This document shows positions 20,646 through 30,205 of a stretch of 64,000 nucleotides of DNA, piece after piece. The translations under genes were made by a program, and so were the position numbers. Each line of letters starts with the position of its first letter. Within the stretch, counting starts at the first letter, position 1. The notes under the pieces were generated by a model, which saw only the letters and a list, made by a program, of their open reading frames with translations, was not told the origin of the DNA and searched no databases. The DNA lies in NCBI GenBank assembly GCA_903893485.1, contig CAITMK010000003.1, positions 9,922 through 73,921 on the forward strand, written 5' to 3'. The stretch is from Candidatus Magasanikiibacteriota bacterium (GTDB taxonomy: Bacteria; Patescibacteriota; Patescibacteriia; Magasanikbacterales; 2-02-FULL-50-9b).

Positions 20646-21533
20646 ATGCAGATGTATTCGCAGATTGATGCGAACAAACGCCGCACCGCAATTTTGATTG
20701 CGGTGTTTGGTGTATTTTTAATTGCAGTTGGTTATGCGTGGAGCGCGTGGAGCGGGTCCGATCCAACTACCACCGTTGGCATTGCAATTATTATTTCCGT
20801 TGCCATGTCACTGTTTAGTTATTACAGCGGCGATAAAGTTGCGCTAACCGCAAGCGGTGCACGCGCCATTACCAAAGAAGAAAATCCGTACGCCTATCGC
20901 TTAGTTGAAAATGTTTGTATTGCAGCCGGTTTAAAACCCGTGCCAAAAGTGTATATCATCGAAGATCCGGCGATCAACGCGTTTGCCTGTGGCCGCGATC
21001 CGTTGCATGCATCAATCGCCATCACCACGGGCGCAATTCAAAATTTGGAAAACGAAGAATTAGAAGGCGTGATTGCACACGAAGTCTCGCACATCATGAA
21101 TTACGATGTACGTGTGATGACATTGGTCGTTGTTTTGGTAGGTGCGATTGCCCTGCTCGCGCAGATGGCGCGCTTTGGTGGCGGTCGTCGCCGCAGCAAC
21201 AATGATGGCGGTGGTGTGCTCGCAATTATTGGCTTGATTTTTATTTTACTGTCGCCGCTCATTGCGCAACTCATTCAACTTGCAATTTCTCGCAAGCGTG
21301 AATATTTAGCTGATGCATCCGGCGCGCTGCTTACACGTTACCCCGAAGGTTTGGCACGCGCACTTGAAAAAATTGAAGCACATAACCAACCAATGGCGCG
21401 GGCCAATTCTGCCACCGCACATTTATTTTTTGATTCGCCATATCGCCGCGTGGGAAAAAAGATCTCAGGATTATTTTCAACGCATCCACCGATCGAAGAG
21501 CGAATTGCAGAACTCCGTGCCATGACTAAATAA
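20646..21533 (+). CDS. htpX: M48 zinc metalloprotease HtpX
   Basis: NAFA, HEVSH, SRKREYLAD, STHPP; follows lemA. Confidence 0.93.
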   Translation: MQMYSQIDANKRRTAILIAVFGVFLIAVGYAWSAWSGSDPTTTVGIAIIISVAMSLFSYYSGDKVALTASGARAITKEENPYAYRLVENVCIAAGLKPVPKVYIIEDPAINAFACGRDPLHASIAITTGAIQNLENEELEGVIAHEVSHIMNYDVRVMTLVVVLVGAIALLAQMARFGGGRRRSNNDGGGVLAIIGLIFILLSPLIAQLIQLAISRKREYLADASGALLTRYPEGLARALEKIEAHNQPMARANSATAHLFFDSPYRRVGKKISGLFSTHPPIEERIAELRAMTK

Positions 21534-21602
21534 AAAAACACAGCCACATCCAGGGTTCTGGAGGGCTGCGTGCACATGGTGCTTTTTTCGCGGTTCGCGC
21601 GA

Positions 21603-22199
21603 CTATGGCTTCTCGGGGTCAAACTCCTTGTCGAGCGCCGCGAGACGTTTGGCGTCCGGCAGCGGAATGGTCCCGGACGCGCCGAGCACCGCGAACAGGT
21701 TGCGCCAGTTGACCTCGCTTTCGCCGCCTGGGAGTTGTTCTGGGGCCAATGCGGTCATCGTCGCCGGACCGATCATGAGGTTGCGATGATCTCCTTTCAG
21801 ATCTTCCTCAAGATTACCGCTGTCCAGGAGCTCGTCGTCCGTGAATGTCACGGCAACGGGAAATCCGTGCAGGGTCGGCATCATCTTCACCTGAATCCGG
21901 CCGTGCATGCCGAACAGCACCTCAACTTTGACCACATCCTTCGGGTGGATTGCGGTCATGAGGCCGTCGAGCTTGACTTCCGTCAGCGCGAGATTGCTCA
22001 CCGCCGATTCACTTCGCAGCCGCCACCGCACGCGTTCATCAGCGTCGGTATACACCCGCAGCCGCCGAATGAGGTAGCAGGCCCACTTCAGGGCGAGCAT
22101 CGTGTCCGGTGGCAAACTGAGCACCGCCATGGGTCCGCCGCACGGCACACCCAAACCGGCACCGCCAAAGGCAATTCCGAGATTCAAAAATTCACGCAT
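21603..22199 (-). CDS. Orphan hypothetical protein, GC-rich
   Basis: 198-aa ORF with AAGGAGG SD before ATG 22199; TTGACT-N17-TACAAA at 22234-22262. Confidence 0.7.
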   Translation of the reverse strand: MREFLNLGIAFGGAGLGVPCGGPMAVLSLPPDTMLALKWACYLIRRLRVYTDADERVRWRLRSESAVSNLALTEVKLDGLMTAIHPKDVVKVEVLFGMHGRIQVKMMPTLHGFPVAVTFTDDELLDSGNLEEDLKGDHRNLMIGPATMTALAPEQLPGGESEVNWRNLFAVLGASGTIPLPDAKRLAALDKEFDPEKP

Positions 22200-22269
22200 C
22201 GATTTTCCTCCTTGTGAACTTGTCACGCGCATATTTGTATCACAAAAGAGCCGCCAAGTCAAGGTAGCA

Positions 22270-22298
22270 TTGACAGCCCGCCGCTTGCCGGGTAAGAT
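22270..22298 (+). promoter_or_regulatory. Sigma70-like promoter of nrnA with a very short leader
   Basis: TTGACA-N17-TAAGAT, 12 nt before the ATG. Confidence 0.6.
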
Positions 22299-22310
22299 AC
22301 TCTATTCTCT

Positions 22311-23282
22311 ATGCAGCAACTGGCTCATCAAATTCACGCGCATTTGACCACGCATGCCAAGCGTGTTGTTGTGGTTCCGCACAAAAACCCTGATGGTGAT
22401 ACGCTGGGCGCGGCCACTGCTTTTTTGGAATATTTGCGCGCCAATAATGTGCAGGCAACGTTGTGGTGTAAAACTGCCGCAAGTGTAGCACTGCAATTTT
22501 TGCCAAACGCACACGAGCTAAAAAGTGACCCGGCGATTTGGGAGCGCGAGCAATTTGATACGGTTTGTTTTTTTGATGCTGGCGATATTATTTTTGCGGG
22601 TGCTGCCGATGCAATGCAGCTCCTTCGCACACGTCCAACAATTATAAATTTTGATCATCATTTTACCAACAAAAAATTTGGCATTTATAATTTTGTCGAT
22701 ACTGCCGCAGCAAGTACCACAGAAGTTTTATATAATTATTTTGGAATTGTTGGCGGCAAAATTACCGCACCAATTGCAACATCACTGCTCGCGGGCCTCA
22801 TGACGGACACGGGGAATTTTTCTAATCCCGCAACAACAGAAACAGCCCTTGCCGCAGGCGCCATGCTGGTGCGCGCGGGTGGCAATTACGCGGCAATTTT
22901 GGGTTACACGTATCGCAACAAAACAACCGACGGATTAAAATTATGGGGCACCGCGTTGTCTCGATTAATTATTAAGCCGGAAATGGATTTAGCCTATACC
23001 GTAATTACGCGCGCCGACATGGCAGGTCTTAAAGTTTCCGATAATGATGTTGAGGGCGTTTCAAATTTTATGGTTGCGCTTGGCGAGGCAAAAATTATTA
23101 TGGTGCTCAAGGAAACGCAAGATGGATTTGTAAAAGGAAGTTTGCGCACCACGCATGAAGGCGTTGATGTGTCCGAGATGGCCGCACAGTTTGGTGGCGG
23201 CGGACACAAGAAAGCGTCAGGGTTTTCTGTAAAAGGAAAACTTGAAATGAAGGGTGGTGATTGGATAATCGTCACTGAATAA
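22311..23282 (+). CDS. nrnA: DHH family phosphoesterase (NrnA-like nanoRNase/pAp phosphatase)
   Basis: HKNPDGD, FDHH, TDTGNF, GGGGHKKASG. Confidence 0.9.
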   Translation: MQQLAHQIHAHLTTHAKRVVVVPHKNPDGDTLGAATAFLEYLRANNVQATLWCKTAASVALQFLPNAHELKSDPAIWEREQFDTVCFFDAGDIIFAGAADAMQLLRTRPTIINFDHHFTNKKFGIYNFVDTAAASTTEVLYNYFGIVGGKITAPIATSLLAGLMTDTGNFSNPATTETALAAGAMLVRAGGNYAAILGYTYRNKTTDGLKLWGTALSRLIIKPEMDLAYTVITRADMAGLKVSDNDVEGVSNFMVALGEAKIIMVLKETQDGFVKGSLRTTHEGVDVSEMAAQFGGGGHKKASGFSVKGKLEMKGGDWIIVTE

Positions 23283-23411
23283 TTTTTACCCCTCAAGGAC
23301 GCGTGTCAGTTTGCCCTGCGGCAAACTGCGCTCAACCTCGGCGCGGGCTCGTCTTGGCTGCGCCAAGACACCGGCCCGCCGCGCCTCCGGACGGTCCTTG
23401 ATGGACAAAAA
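23283..23411. repeat. Structured palindromic element A
   Basis: Terminal stem TCAAGGAC/GTCCTTGA with internal hairpins; inverted homolog of the element at 24081-24223. Confidence 0.8.
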
Positions 23412-23440
23412 CTATCCGCCGATGTAATCTAATCATATCT

Positions 23441-24034
23441 ATGTCTTCCAATTCTACATTCATGATCCCAACGGTAATTGAAAAAACAACGAACGGCGAA
23501 CGTGCCTACGATATTTATTCTCGCCTTTTAAAAGATCGCATTATTTTTTTGGGCACCGAAATTAATGACGATGTTGCAAATTCCGTGATTGCGCAATTGT
23601 TATTTTTAGAAAGCCAAGACAAATCAAAAGATATTAAATTGTATATCAACTCACCTGGTGGTTCCGTTTCTGCAGGTCTCGCGATTTTTGACACCATGAA
23701 TTTTGTGGCGCCAGATATTTCAACCATTTGTATCGGCATGGCCGCTTCCATGGGCGCAGTTTTACTTTCAAGCGGCGCGCCAGGCAAACGCTTTGCGCTG
23801 CCAAACGCTGAAGTCATGATTCACCAAGTTTTAGGCGGCTCCGAGGGCCAAGCATCGGACATCAAAATTCGCACCGAGCATATTTTGAAAACAAAAAACC
23901 GTTTGAACGAAATTTTGGCAGCAAACACCAAGCAGTCCTTCGAAAAAATCGAACGCGATACTGACCGTGATTATTACCTATCCGCCACCGACGCCGCAGC
24001 GTACGGATTAATTGACAAAGTAATCACAAAATAA
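23441..24034 (+). CDS. clpP: ATP-dependent Clp protease proteolytic subunit
   Basis: [30 protein letters not shown]. Confidence 0.97.
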   Translation: MSSNSTFMIPTVIEKTTNGERAYDIYSRLLKDRIIFLGTEINDDVANSVIAQLLFLESQDKSKDIKLYINSPGGSVSAGLAIFDTMNFVAPDISTICIGMAASMGAVLLSSGAPGKRFALPNAEVMIHQVLGGSEGQASDIKIRTEHILKTKNRLNEILAANTKQSFEKIERDTDRDYYLSATDAAAYGLIDKVITK

Positions 24035-24080
24035 TTCGAGGCAAGAATTTCAAACTATTTGAAAAGCCTGGGCTTGCCCA

Positions 24081-24223
24081 GGTCTTTTTGTTTTTCACGA
24101 AGGGGTCATCCGCAGGCATGGCGGGCCGGTGCCGCGCAGCATGCGCGGCGAGCCATGCCGAGGTCGAGCGTGATTTCCCGCCGGGGAAATCGACGCGACC
24201 CCTTCGAGGAAAACAAAAAGACC
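24081..24223. repeat. Structured palindromic element B
   Basis: Imperfect 27-bp terminal inverted repeat around a GC-rich multi-hairpin core homologous to element A. Confidence 0.8.
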
Positions 24224-24401
24224 CAGATTGCTCTGGATCTTTCAAAACTTTATACGTAGAAATTCGCGCTCAAGAAGATTTTTCCGAGATGGATTCGAGC
24301 AATAAAGCCCGAATGCCCCTTCGGGAAAAATCTCCATGCTTGTCGTGAGCGCGAGTTACTAAGCACAAACTTTGTCTCGGGTCATCTGGTGACCTCTCGG
24401 A
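24211..24401 (-). ncRNA. Candidate structured non-coding RNA (~190 nt)
   Basis: TTGACA-N17-TATATT promoter at 24408-24436; ~130-nt rod with G-U pairs on the minus strand; terminator hairpin plus U-run; only short ORFs. Confidence 0.55.
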
Positions 24402-24470
24402 CGGTGAAATATACCCTATAGCGGGTTCTTTGTCAAGTGGATAAATATTCGCCCTATTTTTAGCTAAAAA

Positions 24471-26300
24471 TTAGTTCCCTGCCACACCCGCTGCATCAGG
24501 GGACAAAACCACCGGCGCCACAATTGGCGTTGAAGTTGCGGCTACCCCAATCAAACAAACTTCGCCCCAAGGTTTATAGAAGCTTGGAAAATCAACTTTT
24601 TTAAGTGTTCCATTTGGATAAGTAACCGAATACGAAAAAATGGTTGATGCGCCCTCATGTGCTAACTCGGTACATTTTTTTTTGCCCACGGGCAAAGTAG
24701 TCGTTTCAATAAGTTTTTTTGGTGGCGGATCTTTTGTTGCTAATGTTATTGGAATCGTACGAGATGCGGTTCGCCCATCTTTTGTTCCCCAAATTGAAAA
24801 CCGCAAAATATTTTTTGGCAAAAATTCCGTATGCATCATAACCCAATGACCAGTATCGTTGGTGAAACGAAAATCTGGTTTTGGATCATAGATAGTTGCG
24901 TCAGTACCTGATACTCCATTTTCAAAATAATAATGCACTTGATACGAATGATTGTGACGCTCGACCACCGGCAACCCCGCGCCCATGGCCGCGCGAAAAG
25001 TGGTTGTGCCAATTTGACAGAGGCCGCCGCCAAATTCTGGCTGCGTTTTATCATCTTTGATTACCAATTCCTGCACATATCCGCCAGTGGCATCGATTGG
25101 AAGAAGTGCCTTAATGAGTGAAAACGTATCGCCCGGCGCAACCAAGGTACCTTCAACTTTTGCCATGCCGGTTTTTATATTCACCAAACGTGCCGGTGTT
25201 GATCCGGAATAATCTGAGGTGCCAAAACCAATTTCTTCTTTGATGCCCAAGGTATTTAAACTGTCGAGCGTGATTGCGGGCGCTGTTTCTTTAACCGCAA
25301 CATCCGCAGAATCTGAACCCGCTTGCGCTGCATTAAAAATATTTCCCGCGGTCCCTGCCCAATCAATAACGCGGCCCATAATTTCTGGTTGAAATTGAGT
25401 CACTTTTTTATCAGCATATACAAAGCGTGCATTTTTTCCCGACTGTTCAAATCCGCTGAGCGCTGCATGAAGTGTATTTTTCAAAATGTCTCCGTCAATA
25501 CCAACCATAACATTTCCCTGCACCGTAATTGGTTGCACCGCTGGAATAATTGCCACCGGAGTAATTGCAACTGGTTTGCCCGCAATTTGTAAATTCAGAT
25601 TTTTTAAATTTGAAATAAAATTATTCGCCGTATCAATTAAGTTTTCAGCTGCCGCGGTTGTTACCAAAGGTTCTGTTTCAGTAATTTTTGCGGTCACTGA
25701 ATTTTTGCCTTCCAAAAGTGCGTCAGAAATTGCATTTGTTAAATCGGCAGCGTTAATACTTTGCCCCGCGCTACCTGGCACCACATGTACCGCATGACTA
25801 CTTGCGTCAAATTCAAAACGAGCATTTTGCGGACCCTGGTCGGAAACTTTCCAAGCGGTGATTGCCGTGGCAATGACGTCTACATTATGTGCAGCTCCTG
25901 AATGCGCAAGCGGTACATGCGCTGGTGTTTCCAATCCGACTGCCCCACGCAGGCGCGCGAGCGTATCCAAATTTGCAGCTTTTAAAGCTGCATCATCGAC
26001 GGAATCTTTTGCGGACAATACAAAAAGCTCATCGTTTTGCGTATCAAGTGGCAGCGTGTGAACGCCTTTTCCAGGCACCGCAACCGTTATACCTTCACGC
26101 GTAATTTTATCAATGCGCACCGTAACTGCCTGCAGGGCTTGGGCCTGTGTCATTCCGCCAACAGCAACCGGACCAATGGTAAAACCTGCGGGAAATAAAT
26201 TGAGCGTATATGCTTTTGCAAAAATCGCACCAACACCAAAAGCAGCGGCTATAAAAACCGCTCCACCTAGTGCTAATCCAATTTTTGTGCCACGCGTCAT
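24471..26300 (-). CDS. VanW family protein with putative peptidoglycan-binding repeats
   Basis: N-terminal TM; GGGLCQIGTT, ERHNHS, GTDATI, DFRFTNDT. Confidence 0.9.
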   Translation of the reverse strand: MTRGTKIGLALGGAVFIAAAFGVGAIFAKAYTLNLFPAGFTIGPVAVGGMTQAQALQAVTVRIDKITREGITVAVPGKGVHTLPLDTQNDELFVLSAKDSVDDAALKAANLDTLARLRGAVGLETPAHVPLAHSGAAHNVDVIATAITAWKVSDQGPQNARFEFDASSHAVHVVPGSAGQSINAADLTNAISDALLEGKNSVTAKITETEPLVTTAAAENLIDTANNFISNLKNLNLQIAGKPVAITPVAIIPAVQPITVQGNVMVGIDGDILKNTLHAALSGFEQSGKNARFVYADKKVTQFQPEIMGRVIDWAGTAGNIFNAAQAGSDSADVAVKETAPAITLDSLNTLGIKEEIGFGTSDYSGSTPARLVNIKTGMAKVEGTLVAPGDTFSLIKALLPIDATGGYVQELVIKDDKTQPEFGGGLCQIGTTTFRAAMGAGLPVVERHNHSYQVHYYFENGVSGTDATIYDPKPDFRFTNDTGHWVMMHTEFLPKNILRFSIWGTKDGRTASRTIPITLATKDPPPKKLIETTTLPVGKKKCTELAHEGASTIFSYSVTYPNGTLKKVDFPSFYKPWGEVCLIGVAATSTPIVAPVVLSPDAAGVAGN

Positions 26301-26301
26301 A

Positions 26302-26697
26302 TTATTCTTCTTCGATGATCATTATTGGGATGTGTTCTGTTTTGGTTTGTTTTGGAATACGGATGGTGAGTAAACCGTTGCGAAAAGTTGCTTTTGCTTC
26401 GTCTGCGTGCACTTCGGTTGGCAAAATAATGCTGCGCGAAAATGGCCCCCAAAAACATTCTTCCATGAAATATTGCTCTGGAGTGAGCATGACTTCTGGT
26501 GTACGTGTTCCCCGTATTGTGAGCACATCACCATGAAACGAAATGGAAATATCCGTTGGATCTGCACCCGCAACTGGCGCCAAAATAATCAAATCAGTTT
26601 TTGTTTCCGCAACATCAACCGGCAGCTCGCCTTCGCGCGCGTCGTTCAAAAGTTCTTCGTGAGACATTTCATGTTGAAATTCAAAACCGTCGGCCAT
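26302..26697 (-). CDS. Hsp20/alpha-crystallin small heat-shock protein
   Basis: WGPFSRSIILP, ATFRNGLLTIRIPK. Confidence 0.93.
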   Translation of the reverse strand: MADGFEFQHEMSHEELLNDAREGELPVDVAETKTDLIILAPVAGADPTDISISFHGDVLTIRGTRTPEVMLTPEQYFMEECFWGPFSRSIILPTEVHADEAKATFRNGLLTIRIPKQTKTEHIPIMIIEEE

Positions 26698-26715
26698 AGT
26701 GGCCCCAAGTATATT

Positions 26716-27573
26716 CTATTTTAAGGCGCTTTGCAAAACAGACAAATTAGTTTGCATAACTGTTTGATAAGCGGTCGGCTCAGCGGTGCCGACTTCCAAG
26801 GTGTTAACGGTGTATACCACATGGTGTGTATCCGCAGCAATGGCCGCAGCAAGCGACTGCGACATACCACTTTCACCAAGAAGCGCTGCATCGCCGCCTA
26901 AATTATTCAGCACCTTTTCAACCGCAGCAACCGCTTGTGGCGTTGGTGTGTCTTCTGGCAACTGCTGCACCGTGCCCGAAATATGCAAACCGTAATCCGC
27001 GGCCAAATATTCAAACGCATCGTGCAACGTTACAATATTATGATGTGGCAATTCAGCGAGTGTTTTAAATTGTGAATCTAATTCCGTGAGCGTGTTTTGA
27101 TATGTCGCCGAATTTGCTTGGATTGCCTGGGCATTTTGCGGAAATGCAATCGCAAGCGCTTCAGAAAGTTTTTGGGTAATGCCAATCATTTTTTTTGGCG
27201 ACAACCATACGTGCGGATTATCTTTATCCGTCATGCCGAGTAAATCAGCGACCGAAATAATTTTTGCATTTGGCGCCGCGGCCTGGGCACCACGCACGGC
27301 CCACGTGTCGAGCCCCATGCCCCACACCAAAATAATATCCGCATGTGAAAGTATTACCAGTTCGCGCGGTGATAATGTTACTTCATGAGGCTCTGCACCT
27401 GGTGGCAAGATTGATTGCACGTTTGCTTTGTCTCCAAGTAAATTTTCGGCAACAACGGTAAGCGGAATAATAGTTGTTACCACGGTTGGTTTAGTTGTGT
27501 CGAGCGGTTTTGCAGAACTACAACCCGCACCAATAAAAAATAAAATTGTTGCAGCGACAAAAAACTTTTTCAT
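26716..27573 (-). CDS. Metal ABC transporter substrate-binding lipoprotein (ZnuA/TroA family)
   Basis: Lipobox GAGC, PGAEPH, NPHVWLSP, HDAFEY. Confidence 0.9.
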   Translation of the reverse strand: MKKFFVAATILFFIGAGCSSAKPLDTTKPTVVTTIIPLTVVAENLLGDKANVQSILPPGAEPHEVTLSPRELVILSHADIILVWGMGLDTWAVRGAQAAAPNAKIISVADLLGMTDKDNPHVWLSPKKMIGITQKLSEALAIAFPQNAQAIQANSATYQNTLTELDSQFKTLAELPHHNIVTLHDAFEYLAADYGLHISGTVQQLPEDTPTPQAVAAVEKVLNNLGGDAALLGESGMSQSLAAAIAADTHHVVYTVNTLEVGTAEPTAYQTVMQTNLSVLQSALK

Positions 27574-27574
27574 A

Positions 27575-28000
27575 TTATATTTCGGCTAGGGCAAACAAAA
27601 TTGCTAAAATCGCGGTGAGTGCGTATGAAGTTAGGCACACAATACACCATGTGTTAAGCAGCACATGGCTAATCCACGCGAGGTGCGCGCTGAATCCAAC
27701 CGCAACACCAATAAGCGCAGCAAGGAGTAATTTAATTTTTCGGCGATGATCGCGAAATTGTTCGATACAAAAAAGTAAAATTGCTACGTATGAAAGTAAT
27801 CCAAAAAAAGCAACGGGCACGCCAAATAATTCTGAATAGATGCCACGGTTAACAATGTCACAATTAAATTGTGCGTTAATGTTGCAGAATGATCCGCCCG
27901 TTGCAAAATGCGCATACATTGCATAACCAGCCGCGACGATTCCAAGGCCAGCAACCACGCACATTGCACGATACATTTTTTGTTTTTGGATAGCATTCAT
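27575..28000 (-). CDS. Vitamin K epoxide reductase (VKOR) family protein
   Basis: C-x7-C loop, YSELFGVPVA, WCIVC, 4 TM. Confidence 0.9.
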   Translation of the reverse strand: MNAIQKQKMYRAMCVVAGLGIVAAGYAMYAHFATGGSFCNINAQFNCDIVNRGIYSELFGVPVAFFGLLSYVAILLFCIEQFRDHRRKIKLLLAALIGVAVGFSAHLAWISHVLLNTWCIVCLTSYALTAILAILFALAEI

Positions 28001-28003
28001 AGT

Positions 28004-28633
28004 TTATTTTCTAAGTAGTACAAATAAAGTGTCGTGCAATTTTTGAAGTCTTTCAAAAAGCTCTTCGGAGGGTGTGTGAATTTGGGCTTCATATTCCGAG
28101 CCTTCCAAATCAAGACCATTTTTTCTGATAACCTCAACAATGTCAGTTTGAAATTTAGTGACCAATACTTTTGCCGTCTGGCGAATCTCGTTTGGACATC
28201 TTGCGCACAAATCCGCTGGCATACGATGTAGCGCGCAAAAACGCTCCCCGGTGCCATCATGAACGTTGCGTTGTGCCACGTCTTCATACAGACTTTTTTG
28301 ATGAGGCTGCAAGCCGTTTGTAAATGCACGCAAACCATAATTGTCCCAAAGCTGTTTTGCAACGTCCATAGCCTGAATTGTTTGAATGGTGTGCGCCCGG
28401 CTATCAAGCGCTTGAATGCGACATTTCCGACAACTGCCGCCACGAGGGTTCCCATGTTCACACAATTCATTGTCAAAACCTGGTTTTGGTTCAATTGCGG
28501 GATGATCACCAACTGCCTGCAAAAGACCTGGTCGCTGTGGTATCGTAGGTTTTTTTTCTGATGGTTCATCGTGTGGTGGCAACGGCGTTATCGCCTGCGA
28601 CCACGGCCGTTTAATTTTGTCCCAAAAACCCAT
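28004..28633 (-). CDS. Hypothetical protein with two Cys/His clusters
   Basis: CEHGNPRGGSCRKC and CALHRMPADLCARC. Confidence 0.65.
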   Translation of the reverse strand: MGFWDKIKRPWSQAITPLPPHDEPSEKKPTIPQRPGLLQAVGDHPAIEPKPGFDNELCEHGNPRGGSCRKCRIQALDSRAHTIQTIQAMDVAKQLWDNYGLRAFTNGLQPHQKSLYEDVAQRNVHDGTGERFCALHRMPADLCARCPNEIRQTAKVLVTKFQTDIVEVIRKNGLDLEGSEYEAQIHTPSEELFERLQKLHDTLFVLLRK

Positions 28634-28717
28634 AGCGAATCATGTTTGACGTTTCTATAACTACGTGGTATTCTACACCCGCAATTTTTTATACGCAATT
28701 AGAGTTGCACAAAATCA

Positions 28718-28789
28718 GGTCTCATCGTCTAACGGTTAGGACACCACGCTTTCAATGTGGGAATAGGGGTTCGATTCCCCTTGGGACTA
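28718..28789 (+). tRNA. tRNA-Glu(TTC), CCA not encoded
   Basis: Cloverleaf GGTCTCA...CCACG-CTTTCAA-TGTGG...GGTTCGATT; TTGACG-N17-TATTCT promoter at 28646-28674. Confidence 0.93.
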
Positions 28790-28938
28790 TAAAAATACGC
28801 CATCCGCAAGGGTGGTGTATTTTTATAGTCTTACAATTTGGGGAATCGAACGGGCACAAAGAAATTGCCGATGGCAATTTCGACTGCCCCGGGTTTTGCG
28901 GCTTCACGCCACAAAACCGATTCCCCTTGGGACTACCA
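28790..28938. repeat. Hairpin element with an inverted and a direct copy of the tRNA-Glu 3' end
   Basis: GGGGAATCGAAC (inverted T-arm) at 28840; CGATTCCCCTTGGGACTA followed by CCA at 28918-28938. Confidence 0.8.
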
Positions 28939-28973
28939 AAATATCCTCCGCTTTTGCGGGGGATGTTTTGTTT

Positions 28974-29603
28974 TTAATACCATTTTTTATCCGCGTAAAA
29001 ATATAAAACCACACTCACGAGTGCCGCATAAAAACACCACACCGACGTAAAATCTTTGGTGTATACAATCCACGCAACCGCGGCAGTAACTAATGCAAGC
29101 ATCGAAAAAACTTTAAAGGCTCGATAACTAGATAATAATCCGGGAGCAATTGTCACGATAAGATACGCATAACTGAGCGGCATCGGATGCGTAATTTCAT
29201 TTGCTTTATAAAATACACAGTGATTGATAATAACCGCGGCTTGCGGATTGCGCAAAAAGCCAATGTATAGTGTTGCGCCAATAGCCGCCCCCACATAACA
29301 CATGACCGTCATGATTTGACGACGTACCTTACTTGGTTCAATCGATCGCGCAGCAAACGGAACAAATATTGGCCAAAATAAAAATGCAAAAAATAAAAAT
29401 CCAAATGTAAGTGGTAATGTAAATTGTGGCGCGTGCCCGAGTGACAACCAGAGCCATCCTTCTATAAATTGCTGAATTGCAAAAAGAAATGAAATGCACG
29501 CAAGCGGCAACGCATTTTTATTTTTAGTTTTATGAATTGTTGCAGCACCAACTACCGTGAGAACAGCGGCGGCGGTAAAACTTGCGGTTGCAGAAAAACA
29601 CAT
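28974..29603 (-). CDS. Integral membrane protein (DUF6629-like)
   Basis: MCFSATASF start, QQFIEG, SVWCF, multiple TM. Confidence 0.75.
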   Translation of the reverse strand: MCFSATASFTAAAVLTVVGAATIHKTKNKNALPLACISFLFAIQQFIEGWLWLSLGHAPQFTLPLTFGFLFFAFLFWPIFVPFAARSIEPSKVRRQIMTVMCYVGAAIGATLYIGFLRNPQAAVIINHCVFYKANEITHPMPLSYAYLIVTIAPGLLSSYRAFKVFSMLALVTAAVAWIVYTKDFTSVWCFYAALVSVVLYFYADKKWY

Positions 29604-29663
29604 ATGCTAATATATTAGCATGGATTTGGCTAATAAAAAACAGCTTGGCGTATATACGTTTTT

Positions 29664-30068
29664 TCAATCACTCATTCTGTCTCTAAAAGGAAATGGATCT
29701 GCCATATCTCTATTAGGAAGATGATCAATTCTCATCGCATTTTCTTGTACCAATCTTGCTTCGGCTTCGGTAAGTTCTTCTTTAAAACGATCAATTCTTT
29801 TAACAACCTCTTCGGCTTCAGATACTAAAAGATTGTCAGCCTTTCCTTTTTTGGCAAGCTGAATCGCATCATCCATTACACGTCTATAATATCCCTCATT
29901 AGTCAAGATGGCCCGCTTGAGGCGCATAATTTTACCAGCGGTATTTTCTGCCCCAGCTTCATCTTGATAAGCCTTGCCTGCCTGTTCTAATCTAATCTGC
30001 TCATCAACGAGTTTAATTCTTTCAGCATCTACATCTATCGTATTTAAATCTTGCTTTTCGAAATCCAT
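29664..30068 (-). CDS. Hypothetical coiled-coil protein, AT-rich
   Basis: 134-aa charged helical ORF filling the intergenic space. Confidence 0.6.
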   Translation of the reverse strand: MDFEKQDLNTIDVDAERIKLVDEQIRLEQAGKAYQDEAGAENTAGKIMRLKRAILTNEGYYRRVMDDAIQLAKKGKADNLLVSEAEEVVKRIDRFKEELTEAEARLVQENAMRIDHLPNRDMADPFPFRDRMSD

Positions 30069-30205
30069 AGTATGAAATTATCACTAATCGTACATATATC
30101 TTACCCTCCGCACTCAGGAGCGTCAATCAAAATTTAATCCACAGTAGCCAAAACGCCAGCATATGTGCTATTATTCTTGCAATCATTCATTTGTTAACTA
30201 ATTTT

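Noticed and set aside
24211-24401. tmRNA or SRP RNA identity for the ncRNA candidate
   Set aside because: No tRNA-like ends or Ala-rich tag, and no SRP GNRA/AGCA domain motif
28718-28938. Prophage or genomic island integrated at tRNA-Glu
   Set aside because: Only about 130 bp lie between the direct repeats and there is no integrase; reported as a mini-element instead
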